Assembly: GCF_009914755.1 (NCBI RefSeq)
Contig: NC_060940.1
DNA: 64,000 nt
Origin: the human T2T-CHM13v2.0 reference genome, Homo sapiens
Strand: one strand, 5' to 3'
The position numbers and the translations under genes were made by a program. Below are positions 33,950 through 48,087 of the stretch, piece after piece. Position 1 is the stretch's first letter. The number at the start of each line of letters is the position of its first letter. The notes below the pieces were generated by a model, which was not told where the DNA came from, made no database searches, and was given only the letters and a program-made list of their open reading frames with translations.

Positions 33950-35220
33950 ATGGCCACGGAGACAGCAGCGTGGTCAGAGTGGTAGGAGCCGGCCATCAGC
34001 GAGAGCTGCTCCATGCCTGGCTGCTGGGTGCTAGAGCCTGTGGCCCGCTGGCTTGCCTCACTGTGGTTGGTGGTGGTGGTGACAGAGACTGCAGCACGAC
34101 CAGAGTGGTAGGACAGGGACTATCCAGGGCTGCACCTTTCGCAGTGTGGGGTGGGTTGGTGGTGCTATCCAGGGTGTCATTGCCTGCATTAGGGGTACTG
34201 GTTGGTAGCACTGTACAGGGCTGCACTTCCCACGGCAGAGACAGTGGGTTATGGGTGCTTTCTGGGGCTACAATGCCCATGGAGGAGGACAGGTTAGGGC
34301 ACTATCAGGTATACGCTACTGGCGGTATTGGGGGACCGAGGTGGGGGCGCTATTGAGGGCAGGACTAGCTGTGGAGGGGGGGCGAGTTCGGTGCTATCAG
34401 GGGCTGCACTGCTGGCAGCAGTCAGGAGAGTTGGCATCCAAGGAAGGAGTGGTTCTCCTCTCCCTGACTCCACACTCCAGAGGGCGACCCACTCTTGGTC
34501 ATATTGGAGTGCAGCAGGGCACCACAGCATTTGCGTGGGAATCCTGAGCATGGCAGAGCCCCCACACCCACTGTGGTTCCTGGGCCTGTGCACTCTGGGT
34601 CTGTGCCTCAGAGGCTGCCAGGCACCCCTGGGGACACCACGGGGGACAGGGCCCTGTGTGTGGAGGCGTCTGGAACAGGAATTGGCACCTGGGTGCAGAG
34701 GGCTGGCTGGGTCTGAATTTTTCTGCTTCTCCTGCTCCCCGAGGAGTGCAGCCCCGGTGGGCCCAATGGTTCCTGTGGAGTGGGGAGCTGGGTGCTGTGG
34801 TGTCTCCAGCACCCTCCCCAGACCCCAGTTCCTGGCCAGCTTGGGCCAAAAGGAGAGGCTGGACTTTGGAGGGTGGGTGTGAGTGCCTTTGCTGAAACTG
34901 GCCCCTGCCACCCAGTGGCCAGCATGACAAGTTGAGGCTCTAACCCTTCCACCCCTCACATCTTCCTCTAGGCTTTTCTGGCTTTGCCCACCCAGCTGCT
35001 CCATGCCAGGAGGAGGAGGAGACACCTAGAGCCTGCGACACCACGACTTGCCTCACTGCGGGTGGGTGGCAGCGACAGAGACTGCAGTGCGCCAGAGCGG
35101 TAGGAGAGCGGCCGCGCTAGGAGGGCAGGCGGCTGCAGCCAGGGTTGGGGGTCAGGCTTACAGCCATGGACGGGCTGCAGCAGTGGCCAGGTGGTAGGAG
35201 CCTTGTAGGGAAGGCTGGTG
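33950..35220. repeat. REP522-like GC-rich sequence, second block
   Basis: Repeated GAGACTGCAG..CAGAGTGGTAGGA and GGGGGCGCTAT / GGGCTGCACT motifs shared with 32173-32655. Confidence 0.6.
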
Positions 35221-35224
35221 CATT

Positions 35225-38200
35225 GGCAATGGGCCTGGCTTTTCCCTGCCCCTGCCATGGATTTGGCCCTGTACTGCCCTGCCTTGCCCTGTACCTGCCC
35301 TACTGTTACCTGGACTCTCGGCCCTGTCCTGCTCTGGTCCCATCCTGACTCTGTCTTGGCCCTGTGCTACCCTGTCCCTGCCCTGGTCTTACCCTGGCAC
35401 TGGCTGTGCCCTGAACCTGCACTGGCCTGACCTTGGCTCTGGCCCTGGCTCTGGCCCTGCCCCTTGTCCTGACCCTGGTCCTGTTGTGGCACTGGCCCTG
35501 CCAATGGTCATGGTCCTGCTCCTGTTCTGGCCCTGACCTGGCCTTGGACATATCCTGGCCCTGCTTTGGCCCATCCCTGCCCTGGCCCCACCATGGGCCT
35601 GCCTTTTCTGCCCTCTCCTGGCACTGACCTTGCCCTGTCATGGCCCAGTGGTGCCATTGCCCTGCCTTACCCTGCACTGGTTGTGCCTTGGCCCCGCTTG
35701 GTGCTGGCCGCTCCCTGGACCTGCCGTGACCCTGCCTTGGCTTTTGACCTGCCCTCACTATGGCCTGTCCCTGGCCCTAGCCCTGGTCCTGGCATATCCC
35801 TGGCCCTACCCTTATCCAGGCCCTGCCCCTGCTGCTGCCCTGGCCCTGGCCTGGAACCTGGTCCTGTCAAGGACCTGCCCTGACTCTGCCATGGCCCTGG
35901 CCCTGCTCTGCCTTGTTCCTGGCCCTGACCCAGACCCAGACCCTTTCCTGTCTCTGCACTGGCCTTTCCCTGGCCCTGAGCTGGCAGTGGTCTGCCCCTG
36001 GTCTTGCCATCACCCTGCCCTGCTGTGCTCTGGATGTGTCATCCCCCTGCCCTGGCCCTACTCTGCCTTTGACCCTGCCCTGGCCTTACCTTGGCCCTCA
36101 CCCTAGTCTTCATTAGGCCCTGCTCTGGAGCTGGCCCTAGCACAGACCTGGCCCTGACCCTGGCTCTGGTCTTTGTCCTGCCATAGCCCTGGCCCTGAAG
36201 TGGACTTGGAGGTGTCCTGGCCCTGGCATGACATGGCTCTGCATTGGCCTGTCCCTGCCCTGCCACTACCATCGCCTTTCCCTGCTCTGCCCTGTCCCAG
36301 TACTGACCTGGCCATGCTATTTCCCTGCCATACCCTGCCTTGGCTGTGCCCTGCCTCGGTTCTGGCCCTGGCCCCGGCCCTGCCCTGGACATGCTCTGAC
36401 ACTGCCTCAGCCTTGGCACTAGCCTGGCTCTTTCTTGGCATCAGCCCTGCTCTCTCTGTGGACCGGCTCTTGTCCTGTCCTGCACTGGCCATACCATGCC
36501 CTGCCCTGCCCTGCCCTGACTCAGCCCTGGCTCAGCCCTGGCCAGCCTTGGCTTTGGCATTGCCCCTAGTCCTGCCATATTTCTTGCCCTGTCCCTACCC
36601 TGGCCTTGGCCCTGACCCTTACCTTGCTCTGGCCCTGCCTTTGCCCTAACACAGCCCCTGGACCTGTCCTGGCCCTGGCCCTTCCCTGCTTGAGACCTTG
36701 CCCTGGTTCTCCTCTGGCCCTGACCCTGAAATGCCTGGCCCTTCCCTGGCCTTGCACTGCTCTGGCGCTTGCCCTGACTCTGGTCCTGTCACTGGCCTAG
36801 CCCCAGCCCTGTTGCTGGTCTTACCATGGCCCAGACCCTGCCTTGGCCCTGCCCTGACACTGTCCTGGACCCTGGCTGTGCCAAGAACCTGCACTGTCCT
36901 TGCCTTTGTTTTGCTCCTGCCCCAAACCTGGTCCTGCCCAGGCCATGGCCATGGCCCTAGCCCTGGCCCTGGCCCTGGCCCTGACCCTGACCTGGCTGTT
37001 CCCTGGCCCTGCCCAGGTCTTGGCACTGGCCTGGCCCTGCCCTGCCTTGGCCCTATGCTTTCCTGGCCCTGCCTTGGCCCTAGCCTGGCTTCGACCCTGC
37101 CCTGGCCATACCTTGGCCTTCACCCTAGCCTTCCCTCGGCACTGTGTTGGACCTGGCCATAGCACAGACTTGGCTGTGGTCCTGGCCCTGCCATGACCCT
37201 GTCCCAGACCCTAGCCCTGCCAGGTACCTGTCCTGGCCCTGTTCTGGGCCTGGCTTTGTCCCTGGTTCTCAGATGACCCTGACCCTGCTTCTGCCCTTGC
37301 CCTTGCCCTGGCACTGGCCTTGGACATGTCCGTGGTCCTAACCCTGGCCCTGCCCGGGAGCTGCCACTGTCTCGGCCCTGCCCTGGCTCTGGCCCTGCCC
37401 CAGCTCTGGCCCTGCCCTGGCCCTGGCCCTGCCCTGGACCCAGCCATAGACCTGCCCTGGTTGGTCGTGTCCTACCTTAACCCTGTGCTACCCTGGACCT
37501 GCTCCACCCTGCCCTCCGTTTGGCCCTGCCCTGACCCCACCTTGGCCCACACACTGGCCCTAGCACAGACCTGGTCCTATCTGTGGCCTTGGCCTGGCAT
37601 TGGCCCCTGCTCCTGACCCTGGTCCTGCCATGGCCCTGACGGCCCTGGCCCTGACCCTGTCTTGGCCCTGGCCCTGAACTGGCCCTGCCCTGACCCTGGC
37701 CCTGAAGTGGATTTGCAGGTGTCTTGTCCCTGAGTTAACCTGGTCCTACCATGGCCCTGTCCCTCTCCTGTCTCTGTCCTGGTCTTGTGCTGACCCTGAC
37801 CCAGACCTTGGCCCTGCCCCAGCCTTGTCCTAGATCTGGCCATGGCCCTGCCTCTGCCCTGGACCGGCGCTGGCACTGGCATGGACCCCCTGGCCCTGGC
37901 CCTTCGCTACTTAAGGCCATACCCTGGCCCAGCCCTGGTCCTGACCCTGTCCTGGCCCTAATTTGGCCTGGCTCTACCCTGGCATGCTATTCTGGCCCTA
38001 GCCCTGACCCTGTCCCTGTCCCTGTCCTGGCCCTAGCCCCGTTGCTGGTCCTCCCATGGTCCTTGTCCTGACATTGCCCTTTCCTGGTCCTGGCCCTGGC
38101 CCTGGCCCTATCCCAGCCCTGGTCTGGCCCGGGTCTGAACTCTGGCCCTGCAATGGACCTGCCTTGGTCCTGCCCATACCCTGGTTCTGGCCCTACCTCT

Positions 38201-38950
38201 GCCCCGGCCATACCTTTGCCCTGGCCTGGACCCCGGTACTGGTCCTTGTCCTGCCCCAGCCGTGGCCCCAGCCCCGCCCTGCCTGTGCCCTGTTCTATCC
38301 TGGGCTGGCCCTGCCATGGCCTGGTCTTGCCATTGCCCTGCCCTAGCCTGCCCCGCTTGTGCCCTAGATCTGCCCCGACCTTTGCCCCTGTCTTGGTTCC
38401 AGCCTTGACTCAGCCCTGGACCTTCCCTGACCTTGCCTCAGCCCTGGCACTACCCTGGCCTTGGCTTGGCATTTGCCCTACTCTCTCTATGGCCTGGCTC
38501 TGGTCCCGCCCTGCTCTTGTTCTGTCCTGGCACAGCCCTGGCCCTGGCCCTGCCGTATCACTGGCTCTGGTCCTGCCCTTATGCAGGCCTAACCCTGCCC
38601 CTGCCTTGGCTTTGGCCTGGACCTTGGCTGTACAGTGACCCTGTCATGACCCTTTCCTGGCCCTGGCCCTGGCCTGGAACCTGGCCCTGCCAAGGACTCG
38701 CCCTGGCTCTGTCATGGCCCTGGCCCTTTCCTGGATTTGGATGTGTCCTGTCCCTTATTTGCCCCGGCCCTTCCCTGGCTCTGCCATACCCCTTCTCTGG
38801 GGTAGGGCCAGGGTCAGGACCAGGGTAGGGCCATGGTAAGTCCTGAAGATGGGAAGGGCCGGGGCAGCGGCAGGACCAGGGAAGGGTCAGGGCCAGGGAT
38901 GTGGTAGGACTAGGGGCAGAGCCGGCACTAGGGCTGAGCCGGGGCAAAGC
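35225..38950. repeat. Degenerate CAGGG/CCCTG(G) satellite-like array; polarity inverts at ~38797
   Basis: Hundreds of CCCTG/GCCCTG/CCTGG units on the + strand, then CAGGG units from ~38800. Confidence 0.92.
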
Positions 38951-39149
38951 AGGAGAGATTACATTAGGCTATTATGTAAAATGTTTATTTTAGATTTTTA
39001 AGATAACTATAGTAGTAGTAATAATGTCTATACTATGTTGTTTGTAATAGTAATAATATTTGCAGTAAATAATCACTAAATTTTAACTAATACTATTTGT
39101 GCTTCCAGTACTGTTCTATGAGTATAATTTTATCAATATGTAAATTTGT

Positions 39150-39372
39150 GAGGCATTGATTCTCACAATAATTCTATGTGCTAGGTACTTAAACCATCCC
39201 CATTTTCCAAATGTAGGAAACAGGCATAAAGAAGTTAAATACTTGGCCAGATTACTCCAGTAATCCCAGCACTTTGGGAGGCCAAGGCAGGCAGATGGCT
39301 TGAGCTCAGGAGTTTGGAACCAGCCTGGGCAACATTGTGAAACCCCATCTCTACTAAAAATGCACAAAAAGA
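39150..39372 (+). mobile_element. MIR fragment fused to an Alu left arm
   Basis: CCCCATTTTCCAAATGTAGGAAACAGGC (MIR core) followed by GTAATCCCAGCACTTTGGGAGG. Confidence 0.7.
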
Positions 39373-39424
39373 ACTGATTTAAGTTTCTTGTAGGATTCTG
39401 GTTATAAAACACTGGTAAAATACA

Positions 39425-39538
39425 CAGGGCATGGACAGGGCAGGGCCAGGGACAAGGTCAGGCCAGGAAGGGGCCAGGGCCAAGGCAGGGCCAGAGCTGG
39501 ACTTGGAGGTGTCCTAGTCTGATTTGCCCTGCCCCAAC
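39425..39538. repeat. Detached CAGGG repeat remnant
   Basis: CAGGGCAGGGCCAGGG units plus the CTGGACTTGGAGGTGTCCT marker seen in the main array. Confidence 0.8.
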
Positions 39539-40559
39539 GTTGATATCTTAAAACTTCATTAATTCATCTCTCTTTGCCCTTGGTTCAACATTGTGCTATA
39601 CCAAAACTCATGTAAAACAATGATCTAATGTAATAAAAATGGCATTTTTCTTTCATGTAGATGCAAGGTAACTGGCATTTTTACAATCAACATATTTCCT
39701 TTGTCAATTTTTCATTCTGTATTGGAAGTAATTGATAGATATTTCTGAAGGGATGAAGGTGTTTCTGTGTTCATTGTGATCCAAACTTTTTTTAGACCTA
39801 GTGGCATTTGTAAAACAATTTGTGCCCGCTGACCAAGGACCACTGTGGCAGAAAGCAGCAAACTTGCATAAGATGTCACTGCCGCATAAGTTGGCTTTGA
39901 AAACTAGGGGCTTACTCTATAGTCTTATGAATCAGAGACATTGATAGATGTAGTATAAGATTACAATCATATTTTCCTTTTGACGGTCACATTATAAAGC
40001 ATGATGTATTGCAATTAATCTCAATTAGCTGATCACAATTAAAATTAATAATGTTGATTATTGCTGATGAACAATCATGACTTCTGTTCTCAAATGTGAA
40101 AGTAATTCTTGTAATTTTAATACAAATTTACATATTATTACTAATTGATTTACTCTCATTGGATTTGGTTCATGGATCCAATTTATTAAAATATTGATAA
40201 TGGGATAATGATTTGTCTCCCCATTTCATTTACACTAAAAGCCACAATTCTTACAATGGTCTGCAAGCCCATCATGATTTGCCGCATGTTAACCGCCAAA
40301 ATTCTTTTATATCTTCACCCTTGATCTTACCAGTGGTCCTGGCCACTTCACTGTCCTCTGGACATGCCAACATGCTGCTGTCTTATGACCAAGACTCTAG
40401 TTAATTTCTTGGCTTGGAAAGATAGCCCTCCATATATCCATTGATCAGCTCATTCAGCTTCCTCAAGTCTTTACTGAAACCTCACATTCTCGATGAGACC
40501 TATTCAGTATTTCAAACTGCCTCCCAGCTGCAGCATTCCAAAACCCCTTAGTCTTCTGT

Positions 40560-43140
40560 GTATTTTTGAAAGGATTTATTGAGACATAATTTACATAGTG
40601 TAGAGTGCACACACTAATGTCTACAAGTCAATGGCTTTTAGTATATGCACAGATAAGTGGAGCCATCATCACAATGAATTTTAGAGCATTTTCATCACTT
40701 CAAAAAGAAACCCCACCTTCTTTAGCTGTTAACCTCCCATGCACCCATCCCCTACTCAATCCTAAGCAACCACAAAGCTGTTTTCTGTCTCTATAGATTT
40801 TCCTATTCTATTTTCATCTAAATAGAATCATACAATAGGTGGCCTTTTGTGCCTGGCTTCTTTCAGTTGGCATAATGCTATCAAGGTTCATATGCGTATT
40901 GGTACTTTATTTCTTTTTATAACTGTATAACATTCAATTTCATGGATATAACATTTTGTTTATCCAATAATATTTTATTGACATTCGAGTTGTGTTCAGC
41001 CTTTGGCTATTTTAAATACTGCTGCTAAAAATACTTGTGTACAATTTGTGTTTGAACACCTCTTTCCAATAATCTGGGTGTATACCTAGGAATAAATTTC
41101 TGGGTCATATGACAATTCTATGTTTAATATATTTAGAAGCCAACAAACTATTTTCCAAAGTGGCCAGTTTTAGCCATAGAGTATCTAATTGTGGTTTTGA
41201 TTTGTAGTTGCCTGATGAGTGATGCTATTGAGTATCTTTTTATGGGATTATTGACCGTTCGTGTATCTTCTTGGGAAACACATCTATTCCTATCATTTAT
41301 CAGTTTTGAGTTGGGATATTTGTTACTGAGTTAAAACAATTTTTCTATATTCAAGATACATATATATACAGACATATAGATACGTGTTTTTCAAATATCT
41401 TCCACAGTTTTTGAGCTGCCTTTTGACTTGCTTGGTTGTCCTTTGAAACACCAATGTCTTTAATTTTTAAGAAATTTTAAATATCTAATTTTTATTATGT
41501 TGCTCATGTTTTTGGTGTTACAGCTATTTCTTTGCTAGATCCAAAATCCTGAAGATTTTCCCATATGCTTTACTCTAGCTCTTGCATGTATGTCTTTAAT
41601 TCATTTGAGTTAATATTTTTGTATGTTCTGGGGTAAGGGTTCGAATTTATTATTTTGCAAGTGGTGATCCACGTGTACGTTGTCAACCCAGTTTGTTCAA
41701 AGATTGTCTCTACCTCATTGAATTGCACATGGCACCACTGTAAGAATCCATTGACTATAGATACATAGTTTTATATATGGACTCTCAATTCTCTTCCAAC
41801 AGTCTATTTTTCCTTCATCAGTATTGTCTTGTCTTGATTACTGATGCCTTGCAGTAAGGTTTGGAGCACGGGGGTGTGAATTATCCTAATATCTTTCTTT
41901 TTTCCAGACTATTTTGGCTATTTTGAGTCTCTTACAATTCCATGTGTATTTTAGAATCGGCTTGTCAGTTTCTAGACAGAAGTCTGTTGGGATACTTGCA
42001 GGGATTTCATCAAATCTGTAGTTCAAATTGTAAAGTACTACAATATTAAATCTTCCAATTCATGGCTGTAAGATATTTGCTAATTATTTAGATCTTCTTT
42101 AAACAATAATTTTTAATTTTCAGAGTAAACTCTTGTATCACATTTTCCAAATTAATTATTTTTTTTTGTGATGCTATTGTAAATTGAAGTGTTTTCTTAA
42201 TTTCATTTTGGGGTTTTCATTGTAGATGTGTGCAATTGATTTTTGTACATTTATCTTGTATGCTGTAATATTGCTGAAATAATTTACTAGTTCTATCATT
42301 CAGTGGATTCCTTAAAATTTTCTATATACAAGAATGTTATTTGCAAATAAAGTTTTATTTCCTCCTGTCCAATATGGGTGACTCTTACTTCTTTACTTGC
42401 TGATTTGTCCTGCATAAAATCTTTAGTACAGTGTTGACTAGAAGAGGTCAAAGTATATATCTTATTCTTATCTCTGACCATAGCGGGAAAGTATCCTTTC
42501 TTTCACCACTAAGTTGAATGTTTGCTGTTGGCTTTTCACAGGTGCCATGTATCAGGTGTAGAAAGTTCTCTATTCCTGGTTCATTGAGTTTTTATTTTTA
42601 TTTTTAATCATTAAAGCATTTGGATTCTGTTAAATGTCTTTTCTGAATCTATCGAGATGATCATGCAATTCTTGTTTCTTATTCTATGGATAAGATGTAT
42701 TACCTTAATGGATTTTGGGCTGTTAAACCAACCTGGGATTACTAGTATAAATTTCACTTTGTCATAGTGTATAATTCTTTTATATGTTGCTAGATCTGAT
42801 TTGTTAGTATTTTTTAAGGAATTTTGCATTTATACTTATAATAGTTTTATTTTTCTATGCTATTTGGACTAACTTTTGTATCAAGGTAACACTGGCCCCA
42901 CAGAATAAATTGGGAAGTGAATATTTCTCCTTTTAAAAAAAGTTAGTCGAGGATTAATATCAATTATCCGATACTAACAAATATTATTAATTTATAAATT
43001 ATTAATTTCTCTAATTTTTATTTTCTTCCTTCTGCTTGCTTTAGGTTTAGTTTGCTATTTTTTCCAGTGCCTTAATATGGAAGGTCATCTTCTCTCATCC
43101 TTTCCTTTGTCTTTTCATTTTCTAAATAGTGTCTTTTTAG
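40560..43140 (-). mobile_element. Old L1M fragments
   Basis: T-rich antisense L1 text; ORF2-like peptide RIIHYDKVKFILVIPGWFNSPKSIKVIH. Confidence 0.8.
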
Positions 43141-43560
43141 CATCAGGTGAGCTCCCCAGGTTGGTAGTACTCCATGTTTATTGCTGTACAACGACAGGTA
43201 ATATGTCCTGAAGACAATGGAAACTTAACATTCAAAATCCTCCTAGAATCCACCTTATGTGGTATGTCTCTTCCTTTGATTGGTCCTAATTTCTACCCTT
43301 TCTCTATTACAAACCATGAGTACAATGGCATTCAATGAGTTCTGTGAGTCTTTCTAGTAAATTCTTGAAACTGAGGGTGTTCTGGGGAAACCCCTGAACT
43401 GGCAGTTGGTGTCAAAAGTGAGAATCGTCTTATATGGCCTCTTCCTTTGAACTTTGCAGCTGGACCCAAACTCTGCACAATTTGGGCCAGAAGTCTCGTG
43501 TTGACTTTGCAGCCTAAAGTATCTTGTAGTTTGTCTAACCCTCAATAAATTTGCTTTCAT
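43140..43560. mobile_element. MER21-like LTR fragment
   Basis: GAGTTCTGTGAGTC..TCTAGTAAATT..CAGTTGGTGTCAAAAGTGAG. Confidence 0.55.
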
Positions 43561-44042
43561 CAAATATTGTATTTGTCACCCCAAAATTACCATCATGTTT
43601 TTTTTCTCCGAATAACTAACATTGGGAGAAAGAGTCAGCTGAATCTGTAACTCAACAGAAACAAGTGATCCATATACCATATAAGTGGCCATTTCATTTT
43701 GCCTCCTTCCACCAAATCTTAGCAACCTCAACCATTGCCATGAGCCACTATAGGCCTACCAGCTACAAACAAACAAGTATCTTTTTAAAACACTTCATAC
43801 TGCCATTTGATAAATTTCCCAGCAAAGAGATGCCTACTTTAACTCTATGCAAGTGGCTCATATTCGCGAAGTCTGGAGATATTATTCATGTAGTGTGAGA
43901 AAATCATCCCAGCGATGCCAGCACATTCTCCTTCCCATGATCTGCTTAGTTTGCAAACATATTCAGGCCATGGGTGAGAGATTTGTATTTCACAGTACAA
44001 CAATTTTATGGAGGGCATTGAAACTTAGATTGAGCATTTTAG

Positions 44043-44384
44043 TACAGTCACACATCACTGAATGATAGGGATACGTTCTAAGAGATGCATCCATAGGCAA
44101 TTTCTTCATTTTGCAAACATCACAGAGAATATTACAAACACCTAGATTGTACAGCCTACCACGTCTAGGTTAAATGGTATAGCCTCTCTCTCCTAGGCTA
44201 CAAACCTGAGTACTACATTACTGTACTGAATACTGCAGGCAGTAAGAACACAGTGATAAGAGTTTATGTATCTAAACATACTTAAACATAGAAAAGTATG
44301 TAAAAATATGTATTGTAATCTCATGGGACCACTTTTGTATATGTAATCCATCTTTGAAATGTTATTATGCATGACATGACTGTA
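44043..44384. mobile_element. Tigger3/MER7-type element
   Basis: TA-CAGTCA...TGACTG-TA inverted termini; CTCCTAGGCTACAAACCTG core. Confidence 0.82.
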
Positions 44385-47300
44385 TGACAAAAATAAAATA
44401 ATACATTGTAAAAAATGTACACATGTATCAAACATATTAATATTATAAAAATAAAAATATTCAGTGTAAGAATTTGTAATGATCACAAAATGTTCACAGC
44501 TTATATTTTAGTACAGTTTCAAATGCCTAGTGCAATTACTATTTATTTCTGTGTGTATTTTAAACATGTATATAATAAATATTTTTCAGGTTCAACAATA
44601 TATATCAATCCTACTGGCTCGTATAAATATTGGTTAAAATCATTTAGTAAATTCATGTATATATACACACACGTGTATCAGTGAGTGTGTGTGCATGTAT
44701 GTGTGTGTAAATGTAATTGTATGTGTGTGTAAATGTAATTGGATGCATCCTAATATTTACCCTTACCTACAAGATTTCCAAGATTCATTTATTATCTTTA
44801 GATGATGTATATTTAAAGATTTACCAAATAAAACTGTAATCATGGAAAATATCAGATGTTTTTAAATTCACCTTGTGCACATAATTGTTTCTTTAAATTT
44901 ATGTTTCTTGCAAAACTTGCAGTAATGCTCATGCACAAAATAATTTTCTAAGTAAAAAATAAAAACATTTTGTCATTCTTAATAATTATTTCTCCCCAAT
45001 AATTAATGTGAATTAATTCTTAATTCTTAATTATAGAATAATGTTGCCCTTCAGAGTTCTGAAACTTTTGCATGTTGTATACATTTCACTAACTAGAACA
45101 ACTTCTGAAATATTGGCATTAATTAATGTCACTCAGCAATTATTGATTTCAAAGAAATTAAATACCATTCATATTCTGAATCACAAGGGTACTTTGGCAT
45201 CTAATTTAATCAAGCTCTTTGTATCATCATCTACACTTTAATTACTTAACAAACATTTCGCTGTGTGAGAAAGACTGAGGAGGTTATTGTGCTTTTTTAA
45301 GATGCAACTGTTGCTTAACCTAGAGATAGGCAATGCTCCCTATAAGGGACAAAGAGAAAAATGAATGAGCAATAGAGATGTGACAGGCATGGAAAAAGAC
45401 AATACATTTATAAAACAAATAGGGCCACAGATGATGAAAATGGGGATCAAATCTTGAGATACTGACTCATTTTATAACGGCACTGTATAATAGAGCAAAT
45501 CATTTGTTAATTTTTTACAAATGGATTTTAATTTAATTAAGATGAATACAGTGTTTTAAACAAGGCAGGTCATCTTAAAATAAATTAGTAGAATAAAGTG
45601 ATAAAACCAAAGTAAAAATCATAAATATTTTATAAAGAATTTTTGTCATGTAATTTAATATTTTTGTTTATTTAAAATCACCCAAATCAAAATAATTTTA
45701 TCTTCATTAATAAATAATCATCAGAAGTTTAACTAATTTTTACTTTATAATACTAGGTTTAAAAATTCTTAACTATATTTGTAATCATATGCTTATATAT
45801 AAAATAGGATATATATTTACATGTTCACAATATTATATTGTAATTGTTCCTATGGATGTGATTTTTCAATAGAATTAATAAGTACTTTTAAAAATTTTCA
45901 ATTTCAATGATATATATGTTTGACTTTTCTTTGACAAAGCATACATATATTGATAGGTAATAATATGAAAATCTTCTAAAGACATTACAGGAACATGAAA
46001 ATGTAATTAAATCCTCACTAATTTGTAATGTTTTATGTAAGCGGAACACATTTAACTGAAAATTGCTTTTATATAATACTCAAACGAGACTAAAAACATT
46101 TTAACTAGCGGAGTAAGTCTCCAAATTGATAATCTGAACTATATAAGAGGAGAAACTTCAGGCACTAAAATATTTGAAATGCTACAAAATATTTATATAA
46201 ACTATTATTTAACAATTTCTGTTTGTAGAGTGCTATACAGTAATCAATATAAATGACATCTCAAGTCTTTCTATAGCTTTGACCACATTTACCTCCTAAT
46301 TTTAATTATTAATATGTTGGAGCAGTGCATACAACTAGATTCCGATCTTCCTTTTTAATGAGTAAAAATGTGTCCTTTGAGACAGCATTAAAGAAAGAGC
46401 ACCTTGTATAAATTCAATGCCAAGAGACAAGATATTCTTGATTCTGAAGTCTTGTTCTTTTATACAGCACTGTAATTAATAAGAAGAAGAAAAGCAGGAC
46501 ATAGATGTGGAGTCTATTTTAATAAAAAATTGTCTATAGATTTTGATGATAAAATTTAAAAATCTACTATATTTAGTTACAAAAAAACTAGGTTGTGGGA
46601 ACATATTTGGTTAATAAACACCCCTACCAAATGCTGACAAGAAAAAAAGTTAGGTGCCACCTTTCTTCTCTGCAGATGTCCTGAGATGAGTTAATTTGAA
46701 AGAATGCTTCCAAACCTGAGGTGACCCCTGAGAACAGCATAATCCACTGCTGTCTCCCACATTCAGTTTCTCAGTTTGTGCTCTTTTAATTTTGGGGGGA
46801 GGGAAGCCAGTCCTTTCAACCGATCTTCAGCATGATGACAGAGCCAATGAGTGTGGACAGGTGGCACGGTGTCTGACTTTGTTCCAGCAGCCACTTGGGC
46901 TTTCTCTGGGTCTTCTCTGCCCTAGGGATAGCACCACTATGGAAAACATGTCTTTGTGACATTCTCTATGCCAGGAACTCCCAACACATTTTCCTTGAAA
47001 CTGATGAAATGAATAAAAATAAACCAAGAGGTGTGCTGTTTGTTTCTGTTTCCTCCTTTCTGCAGCCCTTCTTGATCATCTAATATTTTTAAATACATTG
47101 TTGATCACCAAAAGGAGCATAAGGGGTATATTGATTTGTAGCAGATGTATTAATAGCCCAGCCCCTATTCCTTACTTGTAGCTGCTGGGAAGAAAAGGAA
47201 TCTTAACACTCTACAAGGTCTCATCTCCAGAACTTGCACCTGTTTCTAGCTGAGGACTTTCTCTAGCAGCACGGGAGCTTGTTACTGGGCATGAAGTGGG

Positions 47301-47867
47301 AAGAAAAGGTGAGGGTAACTAAGAAGAATCTCCCTGGATTCAGTGATGTAATTCTGAGGCATGTTCCACATAGCTTCCCAGAGAATTAAGCCCAGATACC
47401 TAATAATAATGGCTACATCAGGGGTCTTGTTAGTTCTCGTTCTACACTGTCTACGGGTTATTACTATCAGTTTTCTGTCTTTTTTTTTAGCAGTACGACG
47501 TGACATCTGTAAAATCTATATTTCCTCTCTTTCTCCTTCCAGCCTTAGTGAAACTATGCTGTAGAATTAAAGCAAAATTATGTTGTGCCCCAGAGCCCCT
47601 TATGTCTTGAACTGCTCTCCATATTTCTTCTTCCCAATCTCAATGTGGGGAAGTAAGACCAATTTCAATGTAGTCTTACTGCGAAGATCATGTTCCAGAC
47701 CAGCAGCTTTAGTGTCACCCAAGAACTTACTACAAATGAAGAATCTCAGGCCTGCTCAATCAGAATGTGCAGCTTCAGCGAGCCCCCACCCCACACCCCA
47801 CCCCCTCCCCCCGCTGATTTATGCGGGGAAGAGAAGTTCTTCTCTATGTGGATTGAACATGACATTA

Positions 47868-48008
<141 letters not shown>

Positions 48009-48058
48009 TCAAAGACTATATATTTAAAAGTTCACAATATAAATGAGAGTTTAATTAC

Positions 48059-48087
48059 CTTCAAGGCTGGTGGTTTCTGAGAAGACA
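48059..48087 (-). pseudogene. ANKRD36 29-nt repeat exon VSSQKPPALK
   Basis: TTTCAG acceptor, AAG|GTAAT donor. Confidence 0.92.

Noticed and set aside
33970-35025. 243-aa and 184-aa ORFs
   Set aside because: They overlap on both strands in GC-rich REP522-like DNA, with no homology I can recognise.
35145-38947. Many overlapping 60-160 aa ORFs rich in Pro/Leu/Ala/Trp or Gly/Gln/Arg
   Set aside because: They are a by-product of the stop-poor CCCTG/CAGGG repeat, open in most frames with no recognisable domain.
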